Part shown: piece after piece, positions 63,648 through 64,000 of the stretch
Numbering within the stretch: position 1 is the first letter of the stretch
How the letters are laid out: each line of letters opens with the position of its first letter
Source of the DNA: Octopus vulgaris
Lineage: Eukaryota
Length of the DNA: 64,000 nt
Direction of reading: 5' to 3'
NCBI GenBank assembly: GCA_951406725.2
Contig: OX597814.1
Location: forward strand, 73,408,001 to 73,472,000
Program-made: the position numbers and the translations under genes
Notes under the pieces: generated by a model
Databases searched by the model: none
Seen by the model: the letters and a program-made list of their open reading frames with translations, nothing else
What the model was told of the DNA's origin: nothing

Positions 63648-63657
<10 letters not shown>
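63488..63657. repeat. Near-perfect palindrome, 81-bp arms, 8-nt loop, with ~155-bp tail on the left
   Basis: 63488-63568 vs 63577-63657 with 2 mismatches. Left arm and tail resemble 37410-37640 (ATGGAGCTGAACG, TTAACCGATACCT..GTAGCAAA, TGTTTCGAA). Confidence 0.95.
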
Positions 63658-63741
<84 letters not shown>

Positions 63742-64000
63742 GCACACACACACACACATATATATATGTTTATATATATATATATGTATACATGCATATG
63801 TGTATGTGCGTGTGTGCATATGTGCAAATTTAAATAAGCTCTCTCCGTGTATTAGGACCTTATGTAAGTCTATATCATTATTACACACACAAACACACAC
63901 GCACATATGCATACTCATATAATCACGCATACATATGCACATATATACATACGGACACACTTATAAAAACCCAAATATATTAATACTTTTGAGCCTCATG

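Overview
Repeat-saturated, AT-rich animal genomic DNA. The SINE sequences and the dense (TA)n/(CA)n/(TATC)n/(TACA)n tracts suggest an octopus or other cephalopod (inference). I can see no intact host protein-coding gene, and most ORFs in the track are microsatellite translations. The window is a mosaic of decayed mobile elements: RTE-, Tx1/L1-, R4/Dong- and CR1-like LINE relics, several Penelope-like elements (PLEs; RT + GIY-YIG), two full-length mariners, a Tc1/mariner fragment, a full-length Chapaev3-type transposon plus a deletion derivative, non-autonomous Helitrons and about 12 tRNA-derived SINEs. The strongest unexplained signal is a set of short non-coding elements sitting in TA microsatellites. 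They carry type I hammerhead ribozyme motifs (CUGANGA...GAAA...UH; about 10 candidates, some fully canonical) and/or a 'fold-back hairpin + asymmetric tail' layout. The largest is a ~2.2-kb AT-rich rod-like palindrome with a hammerhead on each strand. All structures were read by eye, so boundaries of degenerate elements are approximate.
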